Assembly: GCA_027050205.1 (NCBI GenBank) | Contig: JALUCS010000126.1 | Span: forward strand, 5,004-69,003 | DNA: 64,000 bases | Reading direction: 5' to 3' | DNA from: a candidate division WOR-3 bacterium | Lineage (GTDB): Bacteria; Hydrothermota; Hydrothermia; LBFQ01 | Shown: positions 10,377 through 19,091 of the stretch, one piece after another | How the letters are laid out: the number at the start of each line of letters is the position of its first letter | Numbering within the stretch: the stretch's first letter is position 1 | Position numbers and translations under genes: made by a program | The notes under the pieces: generated by a model | Told to the model about the DNA's origin: nothing | Database searches by the model: none | What the model saw: only the letters and a program-made list of their open reading frames with translations

Positions 10377-11042
10377 ATGGCCGTATTCAAGAGATTGGCG
10401 GATATCCTTAGGGCGAACATAAACGCCCTGTTGGAGAAGGCGGAGGATCCGGAGAAGATGCTCAAGCTCATCCTATCCGATATGGAGGAGGCCTTGAGGA
10501 AGGCCACGGTGGCGACGGCCCAGGCCGTGGCCAACGAGAGGCGGCTGAAGGCCCAGTACGAGCGGGCGAAGGCCCTCGCCGAGGAGTGGCAGAGGAGGGC
10601 GGAGGAGGCCCTTAAGTCCGGGGACGAGGCCCTCGCTATGAAGGCCCTCAAGAAGAAGGTGGAGTACGAGGAGAAGGCCGCCCGGTACGAGGAGGCTTAC
10701 AGGGAGGCTCACGAGGTCTCCGAGAGGATGAGGGACCAGCTGGAGAAGCTCAAGGCCAAGCTTGAGGAGGCTCGGACGCGGTATACGACCCTCATATCCC
10801 GGAAGAAGGCCGCCGAGGCGCAAAAGACCTTCGCCCAGTACTCCGGTACCTTCGGGGGTGAGGTCTTCTCCAAGTTTGATAAGATGGAGGATAGGATCCT
10901 CCGGGAGGAGGAGGAGGCCAAGGCCCTCGCAGAGCTGTCCGGCGATACCCTTGAGGACGAGTACGACGAGCTTATGAAGGAGAAGAAGGTCCAGAGCGAA
11001 CTTGAGGCCCTCAAGGAGAAGCTCGGCCTGAAGGGAGGGTAG
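10377..11042 (+). CDS. pspA: PspA/IM30 family protein
   Basis: MAVFKRLADILRANINALLEKAEDPEKML N-terminus; long coiled coil; FDKMEDRI. Confidence 0.9.
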   Translation: MAVFKRLADILRANINALLEKAEDPEKMLKLILSDMEEALRKATVATAQAVANERRLKAQYERAKALAEEWQRRAEEALKSGDEALAMKALKKKVEYEEKAARYEEAYREAHEVSERMRDQLEKLKAKLEEARTRYTTLISRKKAAEAQKTFAQYSGTFGGEVFSKFDKMEDRILREEEEAKALAELSGDTLEDEYDELMKEKKVQSELEALKEKLGLKGG

Positions 11043-11047
11043 GGGAG

Positions 11048-11494
11048 ATGAAGGTGAAGATAGTTCCCGGTACGAACGAGAGGCTCCTGCAGGAGGTCAG
11101 GGGGAAGGTCAGGGATTACCTGAAGGACATAGTTGGGGACTTCGTGGAGATGGACGGCATCTTCTCCTTCACCTACGGGAGCGTCACCGTCAACGTTGAG
11201 GTTGTCCCTTGGCACAGTGAGGACGTCTTGGTCAAGGTCTTCTCCTACATAGCAGAGAACGTCTCCCTATCCGAGGAGCTTATGGCCACCCTCCTTGAGA
11301 TGAACGCCCGCTTGCCCCTCGGAGCCTTCGCCCTCGGTATGGACAACAGCGTCGTGTTCCGGTACGCCCTCGCCGGGGCCAACCTGAACTTCAACGAGCT
11401 CCTTGCCGCCGTCTATACCGTCGCGACCGTTGCCGACTCCTACGATGAGTTCGTAAAGGGCTACAGCGCGGGGATGGAGAGGAGGCTGGACTGA
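11048..11494 (+). CDS. YbjN / type III secretion chaperone-like fold protein
   Basis: LLEMNARLPLGAFAL...ADSYDE pattern; 148 aa; SD-like GGAG upstream. Confidence 0.6.
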   Translation: MKVKIVPGTNERLLQEVRGKVRDYLKDIVGDFVEMDGIFSFTYGSVTVNVEVVPWHSEDVLVKVFSYIAENVSLSEELMATLLEMNARLPLGAFALGMDNSVVFRYALAGANLNFNELLAAVYTVATVADSYDEFVKGYSAGMERRLD

Positions 11495-11495
11495 T

Positions 11496-12092
11496 ATGGG
11501 TACCGTATTGCTCCTATTAACCGTAGCAATACTTCTCCTCCTCGTCGGCGTACCCGTATACCTTATATATCTATATAACAACCTCGTCCGGAAGAGGCAG
11601 CTGGTAAAGGAAGCCTGGAGCGGCGTTGAGGTGCAGCTGAAGCGCAGGGCCGACCTCATCCCCTCGTTGGTAGAGGTCGTAAAGGGGTACGCCAAGCACG
11701 AAAAGGAGATATTTGAGAAGATAGCCGAGGCGAGGGCGAAGAGCCTCGGAGTGGGGAGCATCGCCGAGAGGGGTAGGGCGGAGGGGGAGCTAACCCGTGC
11801 CTTGAAGAGCATAATAGCCCTCGCCGAGAAGTACCCGGACCTCAAGGCCAATAAGAACTTCCTTGAGCTGCAGAAGGCCTTAACGGACGTAGAGGACGAG
11901 CTACAGCTCGCCCGCCGATACTACAACGCCACCGTGAGGGAGTACAACACGGCTATACAGATGTTCCCGGCCGTCCTCATAGCCAGGAGTATGGGCTTTA
12001 CGCCGGAGGAGTACTTTGACCTTGACGTAGAGGCCTTCAGGAGCGGGGAGGACGCCGTTCAGCAGCGGAGGAGGCCGAAGATAGAGTTCTGA
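11496..12092 (+). CDS. lemA: LemA family protein
   Basis: N-terminal TM; YNNLV, QLKRRADLIPSLV, YPDLKA and ARRYYN motifs. Confidence 0.93.
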   Translation: MGTVLLLLTVAILLLLVGVPVYLIYLYNNLVRKRQLVKEAWSGVEVQLKRRADLIPSLVEVVKGYAKHEKEIFEKIAEARAKSLGVGSIAERGRAEGELTRALKSIIALAEKYPDLKANKNFLELQKALTDVEDELQLARRYYNATVREYNTAIQMFPAVLIARSMGFTPEEYFDLDVEAFRSGEDAVQQRRRPKIEF

Positions 12093-12097
12093 AACGG

Positions 12098-12125
12098 GTT
12101 GCACATAAGGTATCTTATGTTAACT
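12098..12125 (+). other. XerCD dif-like chromosome dimer resolution site
   Basis: GTTGCACATAA-GGTATC-TTATGTTAACT versus E. coli dif GGTGCGCATAA-TGTATA-TTATGTTAAAT (11-6-11 layout; XerD arm 10/11, XerC arm 9/11). Intergenic; KOPS polarity inverts across it. Confidence 0.88.
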
Positions 12126-12134
12126 AACCTTTCA

Positions 12135-12173
12135 GGGAGGGACGGGGGCGGTCAAGAGACCTCTGCCCCTCCC
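12135..12173 (+). terminator. GC-rich hairpin downstream of lemA and dif (possible terminator)
   Basis: GGGAGGG...GGTC-AAGA-GACC...CCCTCCC inverted repeat; no U-tract. Confidence 0.3.
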
Positions 12174-12880
12174 TCCATCTACCGTTGGCATCAAACTTTC
12201 CGCAATCGCTCCGGCCCCTATTGTTCCGCTTTACAGAATCTACAACCCCCGACCCCGATTTAGCGAAGGGTTGGTCGCCCTGTCCCCTACCCTAACGCCG
12301 TTACCTATATGCCGTTTTAGGTACGTCTCCCGGACCCGTGGGGTTCCTAAGGTTCTACGGATTCGTAGATGAGAATACCGGTGCAGTCTTAGATCCAACG
12401 TAACAGTCCTTGATGCGAATAAATCGCCCGTTGGAGGGCCGGGAAGTAATACCGTAGGGTTCAAACCTCGCCCAACCGCACTTTTATTCGTAGTACCCTA
12501 CCCTAATTCAGAAACCTCCATCCAACGCCGTCGGGGAACATCCCCAAACTCCACGGGGCCGGCTTTCGTCAAGCATCAAGTTCCATACGACATAGCCCGA
12601 ATCTTATCGGGGAAACCGGCAACAACACCCATGGGACCGCCCGCCGTTTGATAGGGACTCCTATTCGTCGGTTCCTACTTTGATCAAACTGGGATAACCC
12701 AAGGGCGACTTCGGGGACGTCGTCTGTTCCCTTACGTACCGCTTAAGCGGATCTATGTGTTATTGATACGCTAAACCGGAACAATAATCACTCCGGCGAA
12801 ATGGTTTCCGTTGGATCAAGTATTGCTCCTATTAAATAGAACAATACCCAAGACGCCGCCCTCCGTATAATCAACCCGCT

Positions 12881-14122
12881 GTGAGGGGCTTCGTACTCTA
12901 CCTTATACCCGTCCTCGCACTCCTATACTCCCTCTCCCTACCCCCCGTAGGCCAGCACGACCATTCCCTCCTCCTGATACACCTGCAGGCCCTCGGCCTC
13001 CTGAAGTACTCCTCCCATCCCCCTACCCTACCCATTTTAGTTAGGGCGGTCTACGAAACCTTAGGGGCGGATTACCAGGTGGTTAGGCTCCTCGCCATAC
13101 TCTCCGCCTCCCTCCTCCCCCTTTCGGCCCTCCTCATAGGTAGTCGTCTCGGTAAGGGCGTAGGGCTGTGGGCCTACCTCCTGGCTCTAACGAGTCCCCT
13201 CTTCCTCATCTACGGAAAGGCTCCTCTGTACGCCCTCTTCGGTTTCTCCTTCGGTGCCTTCGCTCTCGCCCTCCATACGAGCGGGAGGCCTCTCCTGGCC
13301 AACCTCATATCTGCCGTCGCCCTAATCCTGGACTGGACCTCCATCCCCCTCGTCCTCCCCGTCCTCTACGATACCCTCAAAAGGCGAAGGCCTCTCCTCC
13401 TACTCTACCTCCCCACCCTCCCCATATACGCCCTGTGGGTGGCAGACTTCTCAACAGTAGCCGGCGGGGAGTTCTCCCAGAGGCTACCGTCCCCCCAATC
13501 CCTCCTCCTGTTGGTGCCGGTGGTGGCGTTAAGATTGCTCCTATTTACCGGACCTATAACCCTCCTCGGCATCCTCCACCTCTCCATCCGCCGTACGAGG
13601 CTACCCCGCTTCCTCCTCCGGTACCTCTACCTACAGCTCGCCTTCGTACTCCTATGGGCGAACTTTTACGTTTATCATACCCCCTACCTCTTCAACCTCC
13701 TCCCCCTTTTGGCCGTAGCCGGGGCGTTGGGAGTTGTAAGGATGGGCGTTAGGCTCAAGGCTTCGCTATTAACCCTTTCCATCATCTACTCCGCTGCTCT
13801 CACCTTCCTCCTCCTCTATCCCTACAGGACGTTCGCCGCCTCGGATGTGGGTTGTATATTACTACGCTTAAGCGAATCAAAAGCGGGGGCGAGGTACGTC
13901 CTCCCCGAAGGCGGCCGACCCCCGAAGTCCCTCAAACTCCTCCTCACCCTCCTACCCCCCGACGACTCCTCCCCTATAACCGTATCCTTCGGACCGAAAG
14001 GGAGACGCCCCATCGTGTTGTACGGCGATACCGTATCAATAACCGGCTACGGTACGGTCAGGTGCCGAGGGGATACGGGACGGATAGACCGACTATTACT
14101 CCGCTTAAAAGGAATTAAGTAG
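12881..14122 (+). CDS. Multi-pass membrane protein, GT-C (ArnT/PMT-like) glycosyltransferase candidate
   Basis: About 11 hydrophobic segments; HPP motif in the first loop; VRLLAIL; YLFNLLPLLAV. Confidence 0.55.
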   Translation: MRGFVLYLIPVLALLYSLSLPPVGQHDHSLLLIHLQALGLLKYSSHPPTLPILVRAVYETLGADYQVVRLLAILSASLLPLSALLIGSRLGKGVGLWAYLLALTSPLFLIYGKAPLYALFGFSFGAFALALHTSGRPLLANLISAVALILDWTSIPLVLPVLYDTLKRRRPLLLLYLPTLPIYALWVADFSTVAGGEFSQRLPSPQSLLLLVPVVALRLLLFTGPITLLGILHLSIRRTRLPRFLLRYLYLQLAFVLLWANFYVYHTPYLFNLLPLLAVAGALGVVRMGVRLKASLLTLSIIYSAALTFLLLYPYRTFAASDVGCILLRLSESKAGARYVLPEGGRPPKSLKLLLTLLPPDDSSPITVSFGPKGRRPIVLYGDTVSITGYGTVRCRGDTGRIDRLLLRLKGIK

Positions 14123-14410
14123 GGCCTTGAGGACCTTAGGAGCAGACCGGAGCGTCCGTAGGCTCAAGAGCAGAGAAGGCCTTTCCCGACAACGTTGAGG
14201 ACACCCTTGGGCGTATCCTCCATTCCTAATATCCTTTATATATAGGATAGGAGATAGATACATCGCCTTAGACGGGGCGGACCGGCCTTGACCCCTTCTA
14301 GAGCTTCTCATCCCCTACTCTACCTTTATCCCCGCTATCGTACGGCCGTAGGGCCACCGTGCCGGTTAAATTGGCGATTGGGCCGCAGTACCGCAGTAAA
14401 ATCCTATCCT

Positions 14411-17131
14411 ATGGCCAAAAAGACGGTGTACTTCTTCGGCAACGGTGTAGCCGAAGGCCACGGTCTCGGAAAGGACCTCCTCGGAGGTAAGGGCCACGGT
14501 CTGCACGAGATGACCCACGCCGGCCTGCCCGTTCCCCCCGGCTTCACGATAACGACGGAGGTATGCCGGTACTACTACGCTCATAACAGGCAGTTCCCTC
14601 CCGGCCTGAAGGATGAGGTCCTCCAGAACCTGAAGAGGGTTGAGGAGGCCAAGGGGCAGAAGTTCGGCGACCCCCACAACCCCCTGCTGGTCTCCGTCCG
14701 CTCCGGCGCCCCCGTCTCCATGCCCGGAATGATGGACACCATCCTGAACCTCGGCCTGAACGACGAGACGGTGAAGGGCCTCGCCGAGATGGCCAACGAG
14801 AGGTTCGCCTACGACTCCTACAGGCGATTCCTCCAGATGTTCGGCAAGGTCGTCCTCAAGATAGACGATAAGCTCTTTGACAGGGAGCTGGAGGCCGTAA
14901 AGGAGAGGAAGGCGAAGGAGTTGGGTAAAAGTGCGAAGGAGGTTAAGGACACCGACCTGACGGCCGAGGACTGGAAGGAGGTCGTGGAGAGGTTCAAGGA
15001 GGTCATAAGGAAGGAGACCGGATCAGACTTCCCGCAGGACCCCTACCAGCAGCTCTGGATGGCCATAAAGGCCGTCTTTGACTCCTGGAACAACCCAAGA
15101 GCCATAGAGTACCGGAGGATTGAGGGGATACCCGACGACCTCGGAACGGCCTGCAACGTCGTGGCCATGGTCTTCGGCAACCTCGGGGACGACAGCGGTA
15201 CGGGGGTGATGTTTACGAGGGACCCCAACACCGGCGAGAAGCGGGTCTACGGTGAGTTCCTCCCTAATGCCCAGGGTGAGGACATCGTGGCGGGTATCCG
15301 TACCCCCATGCCCCTTTCCAAGAGGGACAAGAAGGACCCCAACCAACTTTCCCTTGAGGAGTGGGACCCCAACGTCTATAAGGAACTCCTTGAGCTGGCC
15401 GATAAGCTGGAGAGGTACTACAAGGACATGCAGGACATAGAGTTCACCATAGAGCGGAAGAAGGTGTGGCTCCTCCAGACCCGCCGCGGTAAACGCACAC
15501 CCAAGGCCGAGGTGAAGATAGCCGTTGATATGGCCAAGGAGGGCCTCATAACCAGGGAAGAGGCCATAATGCGGGTGGACCCCTACAGGTTTGAGCAGGT
15601 CCTCCACCCCTACATAGACGAGAAGGTCGTTGAAAAGCAACTCGGATACGTCCCCGTCATAGCCCATGGGATAGCCGCCTCCCCCGGTGCGGCGACCGGT
15701 AAGGTGGTCTTCCACCCGGACAAGGCTCACGAGATGGCGGAGAAGGGTGAGAAGGTAATACTGGTGAGGGTTGAGACCTCCCCGGAGGACATCAAGGGTA
15801 TGGCCGCAGCCGTCGGTATCCTGACGGGGAGGGGTGGCGCCCTGTCCCACGCCGCCGTGGTGGCCAGGGGTATGGGTAAGCCCGCCGTCGTCGGCGCCGA
15901 GATGTTGGACATCTACGAGGACGAGGGCTACTTCAAGGTGAGCGGAGAACACACCTACAACGGCAAAGAGGTTGTGGTGCGCGAGGGGGACGTCATCACC
16001 ATAGACGGCGGTAGCGGTAAGGTCTATCTGGGGGATATACCGAAGGTAGAGCCGGAGCTGGGCGGTGAGGTGGCGGAGCTGCTTGAGTGGGCGGACGAGG
16101 TCCGGAAGGGCAAGCTCGGTGTGAGGGCCAACGCCGACACGCCAGAGGACGCCCGCAGGGCGAGGGAGTTCGGGGCGGAGGGTATAGGTCTCGCCCGCAC
16201 GGAGCATATGTTCTTCGCCGAGGACAGGATAAGGGACTTCCGTACGATGATCCTCTTCGCCTCAAGGAAGGGGGAGAGGTACGAGGAGGCCAAGGAGAGG
16301 ATAAAGTCCTATCAGGCTGAAGACTTCTACGGCCTCTTGAAGGAGATGGACGACCTCCCGGTGATAATCCGCCTCTTAGATCCTCCCCTCCACGAGTTCC
16401 TCCCCAAGACGGAGGACCAGATTAAAGAGACGGCGGAGTACGCCGGGGTATCCGAGGAGGAGATCAGGAGGTTAGTTGAGGCCACCCACGAGGCCAACCC
16501 GATGCTAGGACACAGGGGCGTTAGGCTGGCCATCACCTACCCCGACATCTACGCCATGCAGACGGAGGCCGTGGCCGAGGCCTACCTGAAGCTCAAAAAC
16601 GAGGGCTATAACCCCAAACCCAAGATAATGCTCCCCTTAGTGGCCTTCGCCTCGGAGATGGAGAAGGTGCGGGAGATAGTGGAAGGGGTGCTTGAGAGGT
16701 ACGGCCTGAAGGGGAAGGTTGAGGTCGGGACGATGATTGAGCTGCCAAGGGCGGCGGTTAAAGGGGACGAGATAGCCCGCTACGCCGACTTCTTCTCCTT
16801 CGGGACGAACGACCTCACCCAGACGACCCTCGGATTCTCAAGGGACGACGCCGGTAAGTTCCTGCCGGAGTACATAGAGAAGGGCCTCCTTGAGGACGAC
16901 CCCTTCAAGACGGTGGACGACGCCGTGGTGGCCTTGGTGGAGATGGGGACGTCCAAGGGTAAGTGTGAGAAGGACAACCTTGAGGTGGGGGTGTGCGGTG
17001 AGCATGGCGGGGACCCCAAGAGCATACGGAAGTTCTATAAGGCGGGGGTTGATTACGTGAGCGCCTCCCCCTTCAGGGTGCCGGTGGCCCGTCTTGCGGC
17101 CGCCCAGGCCGTACTCGGTGAGAGATGCTGA
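14411..17131 (+). CDS. ppdK: Pyruvate, phosphate dikinase
   Basis: LLGGKG, VSVRSGAPVSMPGMMDT, SHAAVVARG (phospho-His) and GTNDLTQ motifs. Start moved to MAKKTVYFFG at 14411. Confidence 0.96.
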   Translation: MAKKTVYFFGNGVAEGHGLGKDLLGGKGHGLHEMTHAGLPVPPGFTITTEVCRYYYAHNRQFPPGLKDEVLQNLKRVEEAKGQKFGDPHNPLLVSVRSGAPVSMPGMMDTILNLGLNDETVKGLAEMANERFAYDSYRRFLQMFGKVVLKIDDKLFDRELEAVKERKAKELGKSAKEVKDTDLTAEDWKEVVERFKEVIRKETGSDFPQDPYQQLWMAIKAVFDSWNNPRAIEYRRIEGIPDDLGTACNVVAMVFGNLGDDSGTGVMFTRDPNTGEKRVYGEFLPNAQGEDIVAGIRTPMPLSKRDKKDPNQLSLEEWDPNVYKELLELADKLERYYKDMQDIEFTIERKKVWLLQTRRGKRTPKAEVKIAVDMAKEGLITREEAIMRVDPYRFEQVLHPYIDEKVVEKQLGYVPVIAHGIAASPGAATGKVVFHPDKAHEMAEKGEKVILVRVETSPEDIKGMAAAVGILTGRGGALSHAAVVARGMGKPAVVGAEMLDIYEDEGYFKVSGEHTYNGKEVVVREGDVITIDGGSGKVYLGDIPKVEPELGGEVAELLEWADEVRKGKLGVRANADTPEDARRAREFGAEGIGLARTEHMFFAEDRIRDFRTMILFASRKGERYEEAKERIKSYQAEDFYGLLKEMDDLPVIIRLLDPPLHEFLPKTEDQIKETAEYAGVSEEEIRRLVEATHEANPMLGHRGVRLAITYPDIYAMQTEAVAEAYLKLKNEGYNPKPKIMLPLVAFASEMEKVREIVEGVLERYGLKGKVEVGTMIELPRAAVKGDEIARYADFFSFGTNDLTQTTLGFSRDDAGKFLPEYIEKGLLEDDPFKTVDDAVVALVEMGTSKGKCEKDNLEVGVCGEHGGDPKSIRKFYKAGVDYVSASPFRVPVARLAAAQAVLGERC

Positions 17132-18414
17132 TAAGACTGAAGGCCCGCAGGTACCGAAGCCTGCGGTGGGTGGACGTACCTGTGGGCCACTTTAACGTCC
17201 TGATAGGGCCGAACGCCTCCGGTAAGAGCAACTTCCTTGACGTCCTCCTCTTCATAAAGGATATGATAACCTCCGAGGATGGGGTTATGGGGGCGGTGCG
17301 GAGGCGGGCGCCCGACTTCTCCCACCTCGTATGGATGATGGAGGACGTAGGGGAGGGTTTTGAGTTCGTCGTGGAGTACGAGCTGCCGGAGGAGTACAAG
17401 GTGAGAACCAAGGATAAGCGGGGTAAGGAGAGGCTCTACGACAGGATAAAGTACATGCTGAAGGTGGGAACGGGGGAGTACGGCCCCGCTCCCGTCAGGG
17501 AACACCTCTATCTGGTGGATAGCTCCTCCACCGAAGAACCGCCTCCGAAACGGGACTTTTTCCCCCAGACGCTCCCGGACAGGCCCCTTATTGACACTAC
17601 GAAGAAGAAGGTAAGGACGCCGGTAGGACACAGGATAGTGGCCCGGAGGCCGAAGTACGGCCCAGGGGTCTATATGAGGTCGGAGCGGGGTTCCAGACCC
17701 TTCAACATAACCCTTAGCATAAACCCCCGTAAGTCCGTCCTCTCCGTCCTTTTGGAGGACGAGCGGAGGTTCAGGACCTCGCTGTGGTTCAGGAACGTAC
17801 TGAAGAACTCCCTCCTCTTCGTCCATCTAAACGTTGAGAGGATGAGGCGTCCGACCCCACCGAGCGCCCCCACCACCTTCCAGCCCGACGGCTCCAACCT
17901 CCCCACCGTCCTGTTGGACCTGAAGGACAACTACCCCCGGAGGTTTAAGTGGTACGTCTCGCATGTCAGCTCCGCCCTGAAGGACGTTGAGGATATTGAG
18001 ATTCAACGCAGACCGGAGGATAACTTCCTGTACGTCGTCCTCCGCTACAGGTACGGTCTGAAGGCCCCATCGTGGGTACTGTCCGACGGTACCCTCCGGT
18101 TCCTCGCCCTTAGCGTCATCCCCTTCCTCCCACCCCAGAGCCGCATATTCCTCATAGAGGAGCCGGAGAACGGGATACACCCCCGCGCCGTAAGCAGCCT
18201 GTTGGAGGTACTCAAAGGCCCGTCCGACAACCAGATATTCGTAGCCACCCACTCCCCCCTGATACTCCGTCAGATGCAGCCGAAGGACATCCTCGTCTTC
18301 AGGAAAACCGAGGATGGGGCCACGGACATAGTGAGGGGGACGGAGCATCCGGCCCTCCGGAGGTGGAGGGAGGAGGTTCCCCTTGATAAGTTGGTGGTGA
18401 GCGGTATCCTATGA
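17125..18414 (+). CDS. ABC-class AAA ATPase (AAA_21-type, MADS MAD3-like)
   Basis: Walker A GPNASGKS, signature LSDGTLR, Walker B IEEPENGIHP and H-loop ATHSP; overlaps the ppdK stop. Confidence 0.85.
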   Translation: MLIRLKARRYRSLRWVDVPVGHFNVLIGPNASGKSNFLDVLLFIKDMITSEDGVMGAVRRRAPDFSHLVWMMEDVGEGFEFVVEYELPEEYKVRTKDKRGKERLYDRIKYMLKVGTGEYGPAPVREHLYLVDSSSTEEPPPKRDFFPQTLPDRPLIDTTKKKVRTPVGHRIVARRPKYGPGVYMRSERGSRPFNITLSINPRKSVLSVLLEDERRFRTSLWFRNVLKNSLLFVHLNVERMRRPTPPSAPTTFQPDGSNLPTVLLDLKDNYPRRFKWYVSHVSSALKDVEDIEIQRRPEDNFLYVVLRYRYGLKAPSWVLSDGTLRFLALSVIPFLPPQSRIFLIEEPENGIHPRAVSSLLEVLKGPSDNQIFVATHSPLILRQMQPKDILVFRKTEDGATDIVRGTEHPALRRWREEVPLDKLVVSGIL

Positions 18415-19028
18415 GCGAGTACGACGTCGTCATACTCGTGGCGGACTCCCACGCGGAGGTCTTTGTGGACGTCCTGCTTAAGGAGAAGAGGGAGGCGATC
18501 GGTGTTGGCCCCATCAGGTACGAGGTGATCGTCCACTACGAGAGCGATCCGGGGGTATTCAAGAACCCGTACGAGCTTCTACGGGCCTATCAGGGCAGGG
18601 CGAGGAAGGTCCTGGTGATGTTGGACGAGGAGTGGAGCGGTTCCCCGGGTAAGGGGGAGATTGAAAAGCGCATCAAGGAACTGATCCTCAGGAACACCAC
18701 ATGGGGGGCGGAGGACATAGAGGTCGTAGTCCTGTCGCCGGAGATAGAAGTTTGGGCCTGGTACGACACATGGAGGCTCACGTGGGCTTTGGGGGTTGAT
18801 AGGCGGATCGTAGAGGACTGCCGTAAGGAGTACGGGGTGAGGGAGGACGGGAAGCCCGTCAGACCCAAGGAGGCTCTGGAGTGTATATCTAACAACGGAG
18901 GGCCGCCCTACGGTGGAGGTATGTTGAGGCTCATAGCCCAGCGTGTAAGTAGGAGGGTGGCCAAGGCGTGCAGGGACGAGGGGTTCGGGAGGTTCGTTGA
19001 GTTCTTGAGGGCGGTAGGAAAAAGGTAA
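18411..19028 (+). CDS. MAD4-like / DUF4276-type TOPRIM-fold partner protein
   Basis: VVILVAD, VH-x3-DPG, LVMLDEE, PEIEVWAW and KPVRPKEA motifs; ATGA overlap with the ATPase. Confidence 0.6.
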   Translation: MSEYDVVILVADSHAEVFVDVLLKEKREAIGVGPIRYEVIVHYESDPGVFKNPYELLRAYQGRARKVLVMLDEEWSGSPGKGEIEKRIKELILRNTTWGAEDIEVVVLSPEIEVWAWYDTWRLTWALGVDRRIVEDCRKEYGVREDGKPVRPKEALECISNNGGPPYGGGMLRLIAQRVSRRVAKACRDEGFGRFVEFLRAVGKR

Positions 19029-19091
19029 GGGTCCCCGCCCTACCCTATCCGTTTTTAAAAAACCCACCTTTCGGGAGTAGAATCGCCACCT

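Larger units (their letters stand above)
11771..12292. other. KOPS (GGGNAGGG) polarity switch
   Basis: Left of dif, 14 copies seen on + (235, 1153, 1250, 1497, 2434, 3318, 5528, 6551, 7059, 7400, 7747, 9679, 9934, 11771) and none noticed on -. Right of dif the nearest copies are all on - (12285, 12496, 12936, 13021, 13026, 13416). Manual tally. Confidence 0.75.
5767..14118. repeat. Cluster of 24-26 bp palindromes ATTGYTC-N10-GARCAAT around dif
   Basis: Copies start at 5767, 5818, 7335, 7973, 9741, 11507, 12762, 12822, 13534, 13858 and 14095; weaker copies at 12220, 12733 and 14017. Seven of the main copies are inside CDSs. Confidence 0.8.

Noticed and set aside
12126-12880. Possible ncRNA (tmRNA, RNase P, 6S) or the 74-aa ORF 12240-12464 in the gap after dif
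   Set aside because: No recognisable signature sequences and atypical codon usage. The gap is better explained by dif, KOPS and the palindromes. An Infernal/Rfam scan would settle it.
5767-14118. Palindromes as CRISPR repeats, REP/MITE elements or integron attC sites
   Set aside because: Spacing is irregular, many copies are within intact genes, and there are no cas, transposase or integrase genes or target-site duplications.
14377-14400. ATTGGGC-CGCAGTACCG-CAGTAAA and similar weak matches (33884, 63070) as further palindrome copies
   Set aside because: Too many mismatches to call by eye; needs PWM scoring.
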